NCBI GenBank assembly: GCA_038496445.1
Contig: JALMLS010000481.1
Span: 9,340 to 73,339 of the forward strand
Reading direction: 5' to 3'
DNA: 64,000 bases
From: Trichosphaerium sp. ATCC 40318
Taxonomy: Eukaryota; Protista; Tubulinea
Part shown: one piece after another, positions 12,348-23,372 of the stretch
Numbering within the stretch: position 1 is the stretch's first letter
How the letters are laid out: every line of letters starts with the position of its first letter
The notes under the pieces: generated by a model
What the model saw: only the letters and a program-made list of their open reading frames with translations
Databases searched by the model: none
What the model was told of the DNA's origin: nothing
Position numbers and translations under genes: made by a program

Positions 12348-13273
12348 ATGAAGGGTGTGGCAGTTATCGTTGGCGTAGGTGTTGGTATTGGTGGTGAAGT
12401 AGCAAAAAAGTTTGCAAGAGAAGGATACAAGGTCGCTATTATCGCCAGGAACAAGACATACAAAGGTGCTGACAAACTGAGCCCGTTAAAACGTGAAATA
12501 GAACTTACCGGTGGAACTGTGTTCGCTGTCCCATGCGACGCGACAAAGCCTGATCAAGTATCGCGAGCCTTCGCTAGTATCAGAAATAACCTTGGACTAA
12601 TATCAGTGCTCGTTTACAACGCGGGTGCGCGAAAACTTAGCGGCGAAACAGTCCTAGAGACATCTATAGATCAGTTTATCGAGTTTTGGAAAGTAAATTG
12701 CTTGGGCGCGTTTTTGACAGCAAGGTAACGTTGTAATACACTCTGAGTGCTTGTTTATAGCGTTGTAGAGAGGCACTACCTGATATGTTAACCGCTGGTA
12801 AAGGTATGCGTTACCAACGTTTCCAACTGCCACAGTTCTAATATTAACCGTTGTGGCGTTTACCGTTGGCAAAAAAGCTGTGGCCGATTTGGTCATTTTC
12901 ATCTACGTAAACAGCGTAGGTTGTACTAACGAACGCATTTGCAGGCACTATTATACTCACTGGAGCTACAGGATCCCTTCGCGGTTCTGCTGGCTTATCT
13001 TCCTTCTCAGTTGGTAAATTTGGCCTTCGTGCACTCGCACAGACGCTACAGCGTGAGTATAGCAAACTAGGGGTTCATGTGGCACATGTCATTGTTGACG
13101 CGGCTGTTGACATTCCAATCATAAGAAAAGCGGTAAAAGGCGATATTGAGCGTCTGGCAAGCCCTAAAGAGATTGCAAAGGAATATTGGCACTTACACCA
13201 ACAACATAAGAGTGCCTGGGTTCACGAGCTCGACTTGAGACCTTACTCTGAGAAGATGTTTTCGAAACTCTAG
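12348..13273 (+). CDS. Short-chain dehydrogenase/reductase (3 exons)
   Basis: Motifs VGVGVGIGG (Rossmann GxGxG), LVYNAG, TGATGSLRG, FSVGKFGLRALAQ, GVHVAHVIVD and WVHELDLRP. Divergent from GGT. Confidence 0.9.
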
Positions 13274-14274
13274 AGAATTGTCGCTTGAGAAGTTCTTACG
13301 CCTATGTTTAGCCTATTTTTTGCGTGTGTAGTTGTAGAAGCACTTTGTTTGTTTGAAAATAAAATTTGTTTCGTTTTGGGAGCTAGCGCTATTCTTGTCT
13401 GTTACTTATGGTGATTGTGGCTACAGTTGAGGTAATTGAAGCGTTTGTGCCGTTTTCAAGGGTTAGTGCTGTTTGTTGACAATAAGCGTATCCCAAATGG
13501 TACAACACTCGCGATTTGCGTCTGTGAGGTAGTGTTTGCGTTGTACAATATCTAGCTTGTGATCCAATTACTGATCGTATTGTAGTACATCTTTATTGTA
13601 GGTTGTTCAGCGCTATGGAGTACTTATTTCTGGGGTTCAAAGTTCACCTGACCTCCAATCAGTGAAATAGCGTAACTCTAACTACCAACACCCTAAAAAC
13701 CATCAAGCTATACCCACGACGTCTTTTATATTCAAATTAACACAAAATAAAGTAAACTACAAAAAGTTATTGGAGATGTCAATGCTTCGCCTTACCCGAC
13801 CTTTACAAACCCCATAAATTGCCCTAATACTAAATATAGACGTTGTACAGTCATTCTACAAGTGATCAAATATGGCGCTATGATCTGATTCCTATTTTGA
13901 GTTGTACAACTCTGCTTGGTGAAATGGGAACCAGAGAGTCGGGTATGTGTCACACATTAACAAGATTTATTCTTTGCCTTTCTTGTTATGGTCGTGATTA
14001 TTATAATTTTTATTTTATCGTTTCGCTGTTCTATTTTTTGTTGTTAACTTAACCAAGAAGTCATAATATTGCAAAAAAACTACCACTGTTTTTAACAACC
14101 CCAAAAAATGTTATAACGTGATCAAAATAAAATATAAGCTTCTTCTTTGTATTTATTACATGGTAAGTCTATTATAGGCTTTGGTCTGGGGTTGCGTGAC
14201 GCTTGGTACACAAGAAACTTGTGTAAAAAAAAAAAGTGTTCAGAAAAAAATCATAAAATAATAAAAATCCGAAT

Positions 14275-15460
14275 GATGCAACGTACTCTATTACAACACT
14301 TTCTTAGTCTTTCTTTACCTAATATACGCTTATCTAAACCATGTACAGTACGTCAATACTATTATCAAGGACAGAAAAGCTTATCTAATTGAAGAACAAC
14401 TGTTTTTTCTCCTTTTCTTTCAAACGCTAAAGGTCAACTTAGGTTCATTTCTTAGACAATGATCCAGTATTTGGTTGGCTCGTTTATTTGACAAAACAAG
14501 AAACAGATGATTTTTTATCATATGGAAAATCGTTTGAATCAACTATACGTAATGCATATGACTTTGGTATACGATCTTCAATACCTGTACGTGCTACTAG
14601 TTCCGTTTGGAATTCTTTTTTTCTCGTTTTTTTACACCAAGATCTCAACAGCATACTCCGCTTCATGGTGAGTTTCAAACTCTCGCTACGAGTATATGGA
14701 TTGTCTGTATTACTTTTATTGTATTTAGAATTGTATTTAAACCATGTATACTTATACCAGCGTACTATAGGGCGTTAGAAGACGGTATAAAGAAGTTGTC
14801 TTTGGAAATCAACTATTTTGCGAGTTTGTATTTTTTCACCCTCAGGCACCTGATATGTGTAACTACTATGATCCTCTAGTTTGTGGTAATGTAAAACAGT
14901 ACATAAGGAAAGGTACGTAGTATAAAAACTGTAACTTACGCAAGTCAGGTGCATTGAAAAAAGCGACCTTTTGTTTTCTCTATGAAACAAGATACTAAAA
15001 CTTAACTCTTCAGGATTTTCACACGTGACTCTTGATCATGCTTATACAAATGAATCCCTTAGACATTTTAGTAATAATCTAAGTAGTACTAACAACAATA
15101 ATGGTACTACAGTGTGGTTTGATCCAAAGTTAAATCAACCAACATTACCCGACTTGGATGTTATTTTCCCAGATTCAGGTAACTTACCTGATTTTCCAAA
15201 GCTTGAAACTGTCTCTGAGGACTTCTTTGGAGGTAAATAATCATACCCAAGAGTTTACTAACATTAATTAGTAGCTAATAAAAATACTGCTTTTTCGCTG
15301 GATGATTATGAACGTCTGGAACAGCAAGAGGAGGCTCAAGAACCATGGATTACAGCAGATGGTGAACTCGACTTTTTTTTGAAAAGTCTTCCATGTTATC
15401 CTTTGTGTAACTTGAATGAGTGATATTGCAGGTGAAAATGGGGTTTCAGTAATGGATTGA
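14275..15460 (+). CDS. Hypothetical multi-exon protein, boundaries uncertain
   Basis: Coding-like segments are bounded by GT/AG (HFLDNDPVFGWLVYLTKQETDDF..., HVTLDHAYTNESLRHF..., ANKNTAFSLDDYERLEQQEE...). No family recognised. Confidence 0.35.
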
Positions 15461-16114
15461 ACGGATCGAACAATATGCGACGGCTTCGCAAAGAATACAG
15501 TCAAGAAAATAGGCGGAAGAATAAGTTCCTAAAAAAATCACATGTTGCAACAATAACCACTGATTTTGGCCGATATAGTACCCCTACAAACGCCTTCTAC
15601 ATACATGTATTTTTGATAAATCAAAGGTAACTTGTCAGATTAAAAAATGGCATGTGGTGTTCATGCAAATAAACTAGTAATGAAATAAAACAGTAGTTGA
15701 AAAATCATAACGGTTTTTTTTTGTGGATAGCCTTGTTTAACCAGGTTGTGGGTAATAAAAGTAATACATTTATCTTTGAAAAGCTTCTTGAAGGTTTCAA
15801 GAACGATTGATATCACTCTTGTACCTTATACAGGTCTGATACGCGAATAAATAACTACACACGTGTGCCAAACGTTTTTTTATCATCAGCTCAAATTATC
15901 AAACATAGCACCTTACTGTTACATAGCTACTACATCTCGCCTAAATATTTCAACGTCGTCAGTGGATTACATTCTCTTTGTGGCTTGAAACTCCGAAAAA
16001 TCACGAACAGCGTTATCACATGGAGACCTTGACTCAGTTGGTTATTTGTGAGAACAGCTGAACGGAAGTGTGATTTTTTGAACCACATCACTATCACATA
16101 GTATCACGAACCGC

Positions 16115-16899
16115 ATGCGCACCTTCTCTATCCTCGCTATTGCTATACTACACCTTGTAGTATGTCAAGTACGTTACCTTATCTCTCCAACGAGCTCCGG
16201 AAAACTTTTGTACGACGTTACTCTAAATGTTGTTTTAGGTCGTCCTTGTTGAATACGACGCCATAGAAGCGTCATTTCTAACAGCCAGTTCATCTGCGGC
16301 TGGGATTATACCAGGAGTATTCGAAAGAGGGAGTGGTATATACGAAAGAGCTACAAACAATGCGTTTAACTCAGCAGGTATGATAGAAAGTTAATGGTAG
16401 TCACGTGATGTTTTTTTGGTTTCCATCTCAAAGCGTTTGTGTTTAACATCCTCATAGGATTCAGTAGTACACTGAGTCATGCTGTTGGTTTTGCTGAGTA
16501 TCTTGAGTTTGGTTTTACCACCTCCTCAGCGACGACACTGAGTAGCTTTGTGTAAGTAGTAATGACCAAGATTTTTATTTCCTGGCCACGTGATTGTTTT
16601 TTTGTGGGTTTTTCTTTGTTAGGTTTATGTGTATTTACTTGTATTCTAGGTTTACTCATAGAAGTAGTGGAAGTGGTCCGAATCAATTAAGCTTTCAGGT
16701 TTCTATTGATGGAGGAGCTTTTGCTCAATTTGCGACAGGAGCACCTACTGGAACAGGAACAGTTGGATTGCATGTTGATTTCGCACCTGGAACTGTTGCT
16801 ACAACATCAGCAAAAATTCGTATCTATCCTTACGGTGCTTCAGCTCACCAAGGGACTTATCGTTATGTCGGTAAAATTACTCTCAATGGCATTATTTAA
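16115..16899 (+). CDS. Small secreted beta-sandwich protein; exons 16115-16168, 16239-16377, 16458-16551, 16650-16899
   Basis: Signal peptide MRTFSILAIAILHLVVCQ and three GT-AG introns that keep frame. Motifs YLEFGFTT..LSSFVFTHRSSGSGP..QVSIDGG..IRIYPYGAS..GTYR..ITLNG. Confidence 0.75.
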
Positions 16900-17384
16900 A
16901 ATAAAAGTTAAACGGTTTGCTACTTACAGAAGTTGTTACACTGTACCTTAAGTAACAAACTATGGCTGTACAAACCTGGTTTTACGGACGTTTGAGGCTA
17001 AGGGAGGTTGGCGACTAAAGTACAAGTCAACAATCTAGAGGCGTAAGCAACGGCTTGAGGCAATTACGCAATGACTATGATGTACGAGGAAAGTTTTTGG
17101 TTTTCGGTTGTAGTTTTATTGTGTCTTTGAATAAAACAAGGATCTCAGGCCTCGTGACCAAGCGGTCAAGCCAAGAGATAGGTTCTCCACCAATCTGTGT
17201 TGTGTTGTTTATGCGAGCCAATGGACGATAGTTATCAAACGCTGGTAAAATGCTAATTATACCGTCATAAAAAATACTGAGAAAATCTGCTATTGTATTT
17301 AGAAAGATTGTTCTTTATTGCTTATCATTAACAGCTTACAGAATAGCTGTGGTTCAAAAGCTGTTGTATGTTCTACTTGTAAAT

Positions 17385-17815
17385 ATCAAATATTGATCCC
17401 CAGTGACTCAACAGCCTCTTTGGTTACTGCGGACTTCTGTGATGCCAAATGTTTTAGAGATTTTACCCATTTGTAATTGTGATACAGCCATGCAGGGTGA
17501 GTTGTTCAAGGTTGACCAATGTCTTAAAACCCAAGTCTGTTATCTTGGAGCAACCGTTAAGCTCAAGGTATTTTACATTGGTCAATGATTTAATTCCATC
17601 ATCTGTTAAATCATTATCATACTTAATGTTGATAGTGTAGCAATATTGACAGTGTGTACATTGCAAAGATGTTTCAGCCATGAGTCTTTTGGGAAAGAAA
17701 GTGAACGTCTTAGAGTGCTTTGATGCCTTCAACTGTAATATTATGGCAGTATTGGTCAGTTGTGTGTACACCAACAAGATTTTGGAGTCCTTCATCTGTC
17801 GCTGATGTGCGACAA
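17385..17815 (-). pseudogene. Degenerate LRR fragment (copy D): no F-box, with deletions and frameshifts
   Basis: Retains LTDDGIKSLTNVKYLELNGCSKITDLGFKTLVNLEQL, but the frame breaks upstream and downstream and there is no N-terminus. Confidence 0.85.
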
Positions 17816-18034
17816 AGGACATCAATAACTCAACATAAAATTTGATGAATTTGCACTGTCCACGTGATTTAAAAAACCAACCGTACTTAGTTACAATTTT
17901 TAATACGGGTACATGGCACCACCATCAGTTACTGTTTTAACTTGTTCTTTCAGCTCGCAGCGTATTTGATCTTCTATTGCTTTGCTGTCAATTAGTTGGA
18001 TTTATTTGCACTTGCTGCCATTTGTCGTACCACA

Positions 18035-19880
18035 GTATCGCATCCAGAGATACTTTGAGCGATTTTGGAATTAATCTTTACGGTTTTTACCCTTTGATAC
18101 GCCTATTGACGCTATGATTGTCAGCACCAGCATGTGGCAGCGTAGTATGTTAACCAACGAATGTACCTTTTGGTTAGCTGGCCTCCTTTGGGCGCTTCCT
18201 TGGTGAGTGTAGTATTTACAAGCGCACTTATGTAAAATACTGCTTTCGTCTTGTTACAGTGCTGTTTTATGAAAAAAAAAAATACAAAGCTCCCAAACAC
18301 GCGATTTTTTCCAAAAATAACACTGTCGCCCAGTTTCGTGTCAGCAAAAAAAGTGTGGTCGATTTTTTTCGTTTAGAGTTTGGTCAACAGCTATTCCGTA
18401 ATAAGTACACGTGGCACCATGGATCGCATAGAAGGTAATAAAAACCCGTGTGATTTGGTGTCTGATACATTAAATCAAAGGTAATCGTTTTTTGTTGATT
18501 GTATTGTTCTAAAATAATTTGTAGCACTCAAAAAACGTTACTGGACATGCCCACTGAGATTGTAGCGATTATTCTAAGTCATACAACCAAATCTCGATTT
18601 GCAGCTTGTCAAACATGTCGTATCCTTTCTTCTATCATTCACGACATTATTGGATACCATAGTATACGTATAACAACAGAAAATCAAGTGAAAGAAGTTG
18701 TAAAGCATTGTGGAATCATGAAGCACACAAGAATCGATTTAGTAAATAATTGGCGTTTCGGGTTTCCTTCTGACAAGATTGTGGAACAATTTGCAGGAGT
18801 TCATACAATTGATCTTTCTTGTACATCAGTTACAGATGAAGGAGTCAAAGCACTCAAGGGTGTTCATAATATTAACCTTTGTCGCACATCAGTGAAAGAT
18901 GTAGGAGCCAAAGTACTTGCAGGTGTTCATACTATTAACCTTTCTGATACATCAGTGACAGATGAAGGAGTCAAAGCACTCAAGGGTGTTCATAATATTA
19001 ACCTTTTTTGCACTCATGTGACAGATGAAGGAGTCAAAGCACTCAAAGGTGTTCATACTATTAACCTTTCTCACACTGATGTGACAGATGAAGGAGTCAA
19101 AGCACTCAAGGGTGTTCATACTATTGACCTTTCTTGCACATCAGTGACAGATAAAGGAGTCAAAGCACTCAAGGGTGTTCATACTATTAACCTTTCTGAT
19201 ACATCAGTGACAGATGAAGGAGTCAAAGCACTCAAGGGTGTTCATACTATTAACCTTTGTCGCACATCAGTGACAGATAAAGGAGTCAAAGCACTCAAAG
19301 ACGTTCATGAGATTATGCTTTCTTTCCCAAAAGACTCATGGCTGAAACATCTTTGCAATGTACACACTGTCAATATTGCTCGTGGGAGATATTTAACAGA
19401 TGATGGAATTAAATCATTGACCAATGTAAAATACCTTGAGCTTAACGATTGCCCCAAGATAACAGACTTGGGTTTTAAGACATTGGTCAACCTTGAACAA
19501 CTCCTCCTGGGCAACTGCCCACAGATTACAAATGGTTGCTTGAAGCACTTGCCATCTTTAAAACAGGTTGCAGGATTGAAAAATACCAAACTTACAAAAG
19601 AAGCTGTTGAGTCAATGGGTATTCAATATTGTGGACTGTATTTTGTAACTAGTTCAATTTATGTGTATTAATTAGTTAAATAAATAGGCAATATTTACAA
19701 GTCATTGTAACGTTGTTTTGTCTATTGTACAATTTTCTAACTTTTGGATTGTTGAGAGTGACGGCATTCCAAATCATATTCTTTTCAAGTGTATGTTATA
19801 AATAGCTTCTCAACTTATCCCGACTTTGGTTACAGACCTGCATTTGGAATTGGTACTGGTATTTTTTTTGGGAGATCCTC
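18035..19880 (+). repeat. Right arm of the inverted duplication (partner ~2770-4445)
   Basis: Reverse-complement match to the left arm. It is longer because of extra 63-nt LRR units and small indels. Confidence 0.9.
18419..19671 (+). CDS. F-box + LRR protein (copy B); exons 18419-18480 and 18525-19671
   Basis: ATG at 18419 and a 44-nt GT-AG intron (18481-18524) lead to F-box LLDMPTEIVAIILSH. Eight tandem 21-aa (63-nt) LRRs lie at ~18796-19300, then the C-terminal LRRs. Confidence 0.92.
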
Positions 19881-19929
19881 GAAGAGGTCTAACCGGGCAC
19901 TAAAATCAAAAAACAATAATATCACAATA

Positions 19930-20240
19930 GCCTTTGTCAACAAATGCTGGTGACACTGAACTATCTGATCCCTTTTGGACTGGTCGGTTTTACTGGTATT
20001 AATCCTGTGGTAATGGTTGATGTTACTGGCTGAACTGGAGTTGGTTCTACTGGTGGTATTGATTAGTGTTGTTGGTACTATTGATTCTATTGGTGTACTG
20101 GTAAGGGACTATTGAACATAAACGCAGATATTCCACTACAGCCTTGCCACCGATCAAAACAGTTACAGTTGCAGAGGTTGTTGGGATTTCTAAAGAAGGC
20201 ATTGAAGTATTAGGATTAAAGTTCATTCAGCATAATAAAG
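19930..20240 (-). pseudogene. Decayed remnant resembling the 3' part of the 52853-54785 gene
   Basis: Broken frames give SGISAFMFNSPLP, a P/T-rich stretch and PAFVDK, versus EGISAFNYNPP..PAFVDR in the intact gene. The 16-mer tcaacaaatgctggtg is shared (19937 and 52896). Confidence 0.45.
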
Positions 20241-20842
20241 ACAATCAAGCATTTGTGAGTTTTTTTATTTCATTACATCCAGGACTGTTTTGTTACTCTA
20301 CAATATTTGCTGTAAATTGTAGAGTACGGTTATTCCAACGACATAGATAACAAGCTTCTGGAAAACTAACGATCTTGAGGAAGTACTGTAACGGCTTCCT
20401 GGCATTCCCAAAAACGTTTGGAAATGTCACGTTTTCTCATTTAAAGTAAAAAGGCAAGATCAATATCACGGGGCATAGTTCAAAGTATTATAGCAGGTAC
20501 TAGCTTCAAAGATACTTGTAAAACCAAATACGTTAATATATGAAGGTTGAATAGTTTGATTAAGACGTTTGATGTAAGTGCCTACTGTTTAATTATAACG
20601 TACCAAGTTCTATCTTTTCCACTCTATGCTTGCATATACAAAAACCCACTTTTTTTTGAAGCTAGGGAGGCAGCAACGTTTGCAAAACATAAGCCAAGTC
20701 TTGGTTTTATGGCAACAACAAAAAAGTGTAATCACGTGATACCACATTGACGTTTAAAACTCAAACAAAAAAAAAAAGAGTCGACAGAAGGAGGAGAACA
20801 CTGATGAAAAATTGAGGTTTATTGTTACTACTTACAACGGAT

Positions 20843-21376
20843 TTAAGGACCGCAAAAGTATTCAATAGATTCCAAAGGTACAGGTACGCCGTATGTTACT
20901 ACTTCAGCTGCAACCTTGTTGTATGCTTTTCTACATCTTCCTCTGTTTACAATATCACGGTTCCAGCAAGAAGCAAAGACTGAAGCATCAAGACCAGTGA
21001 ATGTAGAAATGAAAGTGTTTGTTCCACGGACTTCAATACCTGAGTATTTTACTGGAGTGAAAGTGGTTGTGTTTGTTACTCTGTTTATGAACCCATGATC
21101 CCAGAAGCTGATAAAGCTTTGGTATCCATCTGGTTGTAGAGCTACTGTTTCGCTTGATAGACCAACAGCAAACATGAGGAAATCACTTGAGCTGTCGTAA
21201 ACCCAGTAGTCATTTACTAAGTCAACAAGAAAGAAACCAGCATCGCTGAATGTGGTGTTTACAATAGCTGGAAAAGTTACTGTACACTCTTCATCGAAGA
21301 TACCGGTGCTCAAAAGAGCAGCTGATGTGCATGCTACTGTGATGAGAAGAATAAGAGAGAGGGAAGAGTTACTCAT
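20843..21376 (-). CDS. Intronless secreted hypothetical protein (177 aa)
   Basis: ATG-initiated ORF with hydrophobic signal peptide MSNSSLSLILLITVACTSA and coding-like composition. Confidence 0.7.
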   Translation of the reverse strand: MSNSSLSLILLITVACTSAALLSTGIFDEECTVTFPAIVNTTFSDAGFFLVDLVNDYWVYDSSSDFLMFAVGLSSETVALQPDGYQSFISFWDHGFINRVTNTTTFTPVKYSGIEVRGTNTFISTFTGLDASVFASCWNRDIVNRGRCRKAYNKVAAEVVTYGVPVPLESIEYFCGP

Positions 21377-21960
21377 GTCGTGTTACTGAGGATATTATGG
21401 AAAATTCGTGAGTTTTTTGACATTTTTCCTTGTTTTTCACGAAAAAGGAGAAAAAAAAAGTAACAACTTGAGTTGGAGACTTTCTGTTTCCTCCCATTCA
21501 CATTGTAAAGTATGGGCGATGGCTGTAACGTTACATGTTTACGGAAAATGTGATCTGACGTTTCTATTCGGACTAATTTCCGCGTAACTGTGTGAGTGCG
21601 TTTAAACTTGGCTAGTTGGCCTCGTAAGATCAATTCGAAGCGTTTTCAGCTAGAAAAATACAGAAAGAGTGTTACCTTTTTTGTAGAGAGCAACATTCGC
21701 GGTTAACATCACCACAAGCGTTACTGCGTACTTTGTGGAGCAAAGTACTTAGGTAGTACCTTTTTGTCCTTTTTTGGTGACCAAGTACTTCCCTTACTTT
21801 TGCTGAAAGGTGTCATACGCACAAATGGTAATTGCACCATGCAATGAAGTCACAATAGAATGAAATCAACTTGTTTTGTATTGTGTCGCACAAAGGTACT
21901 TCCGTTCTTGCATTTATACGCATGGCGGTGAATGACGTTAGTTTGTATTTGACGATAAAC

Positions 21961-22206
21961 ATATAGGATAGTTAGTGTGTAGAATTTTTGACTTTTTTTT
22001 GGGCTTATACTTCAATGTCGAAAAAAAAGTCAAACAAATGTCGAAGTGATATTGAACTGTTCGCCACAAAGGGAGACAACTGGGTTATGGCGCTCAGTCG
22101 CCGCTAGGCTCTGCCCCCCAAACCCCCCCTGAAAGGGGGGGCTTTCTAAATAGTTCCTATGACATAATATAGGATAATTAGTGTGCCGAATTTTTGACTT
22201 TTTTTT
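21961..22206. repeat. 40-bp direct repeats (21961-22000 and 22167-22206) enclosing a GC hairpin C7T-GAA-AG7 (22123-22141)
   Basis: atataggata(g/a)ttagtgtg(ta/cc)gaatttttgactttttttt occurs twice around a GC-rich stem-loop in an AT-rich background. Confidence 0.75.
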
Positions 22207-22269
22207 GACAAAGTTCTACATATTTGTGTTACCGGACAATAAGGGAATCTCGTTGTTAGTTCAAACTTG

Positions 22270-22496
22270 GGATTTGACACGCAATAACATTAATTTTGTT
22301 TTAGCGTTAAGCCTGGTTTTTTGGGAGTGGTTGTGAGCATAGGTAGCCTTGTGCAACTTATTGCAAGCTATAACATTAGTATGTCCTTAAAATGAGCATA
22401 AAAGCAGAAAGTCACGTGTGTGCTACAAATGGTAGTGGCCTTCTAAAAAGTAAGGCTTAGCGCTACAATAAAATAGCGTTAATTCAAGGCAAATCC
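22270..22496. mobile_element. MITE-like element copy 1 (227 bp), ends GGATTTG...CAAATCC, 3-bp TSD TTG
   Basis: TTG lies at 22267-22269 and 22497-22499 around imperfect terminal inverted repeats. The interior matches copy 2 in opposite orientation. Confidence 0.75.
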
Positions 22497-22851
22497 TTGG
22501 CGAACACTTCGGTTTTGAAAGAATCCATCAGTTGGACGTGATTCAAGTATTGAATGCTGGTGACCATTGAGATTAATGGAAGCGTAAAAACCATAAAACC
22601 GGAGTGCCTTGTCATTCAATTGTACTACATGGAATATGTGAGCAATTTTTCTTTGCTGTGATAGTCGCAACAGTAAGTACAAAAAGACACTTACAAAAGA
22701 TCTTATTTTTCAACTACCAGTTGCAAACACATCAATTTATTGTAAAAACACGGTTTTATGGACGTTTGAGACTAAAGGAGGCTGGCAACTTAAAATAAAA
22801 GTCAACAATCTAGAGGCATAAGCAATGCCTACACTCACAATGACTATATCG

Positions 22852-23372
22852 AAGCACTCAAAGGTGTTCATACTATTAACCTTTCCCACACTGATGTGAC
22901 AGATGAAGCACTCCAAAGTCTTGTTGGTGTACACACAATTACCCTTGATAGTTACTATAATATTACAATTGAAGGAATCAAAGCACTCAAAGGCGTTCAT
23001 GAGATTATGCTTACTTTCCCAAAAGACTCATGGCTTAAACATCTTTGCAATGTACCCCCTATCAACATTTTTATGGGGCGTCCTACAACAGATGATGGAA
23101 TCAAATCATTGACCAATGTCAAATACCTTGAGCTTAACGGTTGCCCCAAGATAACAGACTTGGGTTTTAAGACATTGGTCAACCTTGAACAACTCACCCT
23201 GGGCAACTGCCCACAGATTACAAACGGTTGCTTGAAGCACTTGCAGAATCTGAAACGTGTTGTAGTAGCGTGCACTGGAGATACAACTATAACAAGAGAT
23301 GGTGTTGAGTCTATGGGTATTCAATTTTCTTATGTTTCAATGGGTTTACAAATACATAACCTAAATTACTAG
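22852..23372 (+). pseudogene. 5'-truncated but open LRR cassette (copy E): no F-box, no in-frame ATG ahead of it
   Basis: Begins abruptly mid-repeat (ALKGVHTINLSHTDVTDEALQSLV) and stays open through the C-terminal LRRs to a stop at 23372. Confidence 0.8.

Noticed and set aside
17148-17192. tRNA or tRNA-derived SINE (GGCCTCGTGACCAAGCGGTCAAG...GGTTCTCCACCA)
   Set aside because: It has an A-box-like start but is only ~45 nt, with no anticodon arm or complete T arm. A cloverleaf cannot be drawn.
18796-19300. 63-nt tandem units as a CRISPR array or diversity-generating retroelement
   Set aside because: The units are in-frame coding LRRs without unique spacers. No cas or reverse transcriptase gene is present, no invariant template copy is evident, and the differences are not obviously adenine-specific.
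2770-19880. Inverted arms as TIRs of a Maverick/Polinton or other giant transposon
   Set aside because: The arms are gene duplicates, and the interior holds ordinary intron-rich host genes with no integrase, polymerase or capsid. No TSD was seen.
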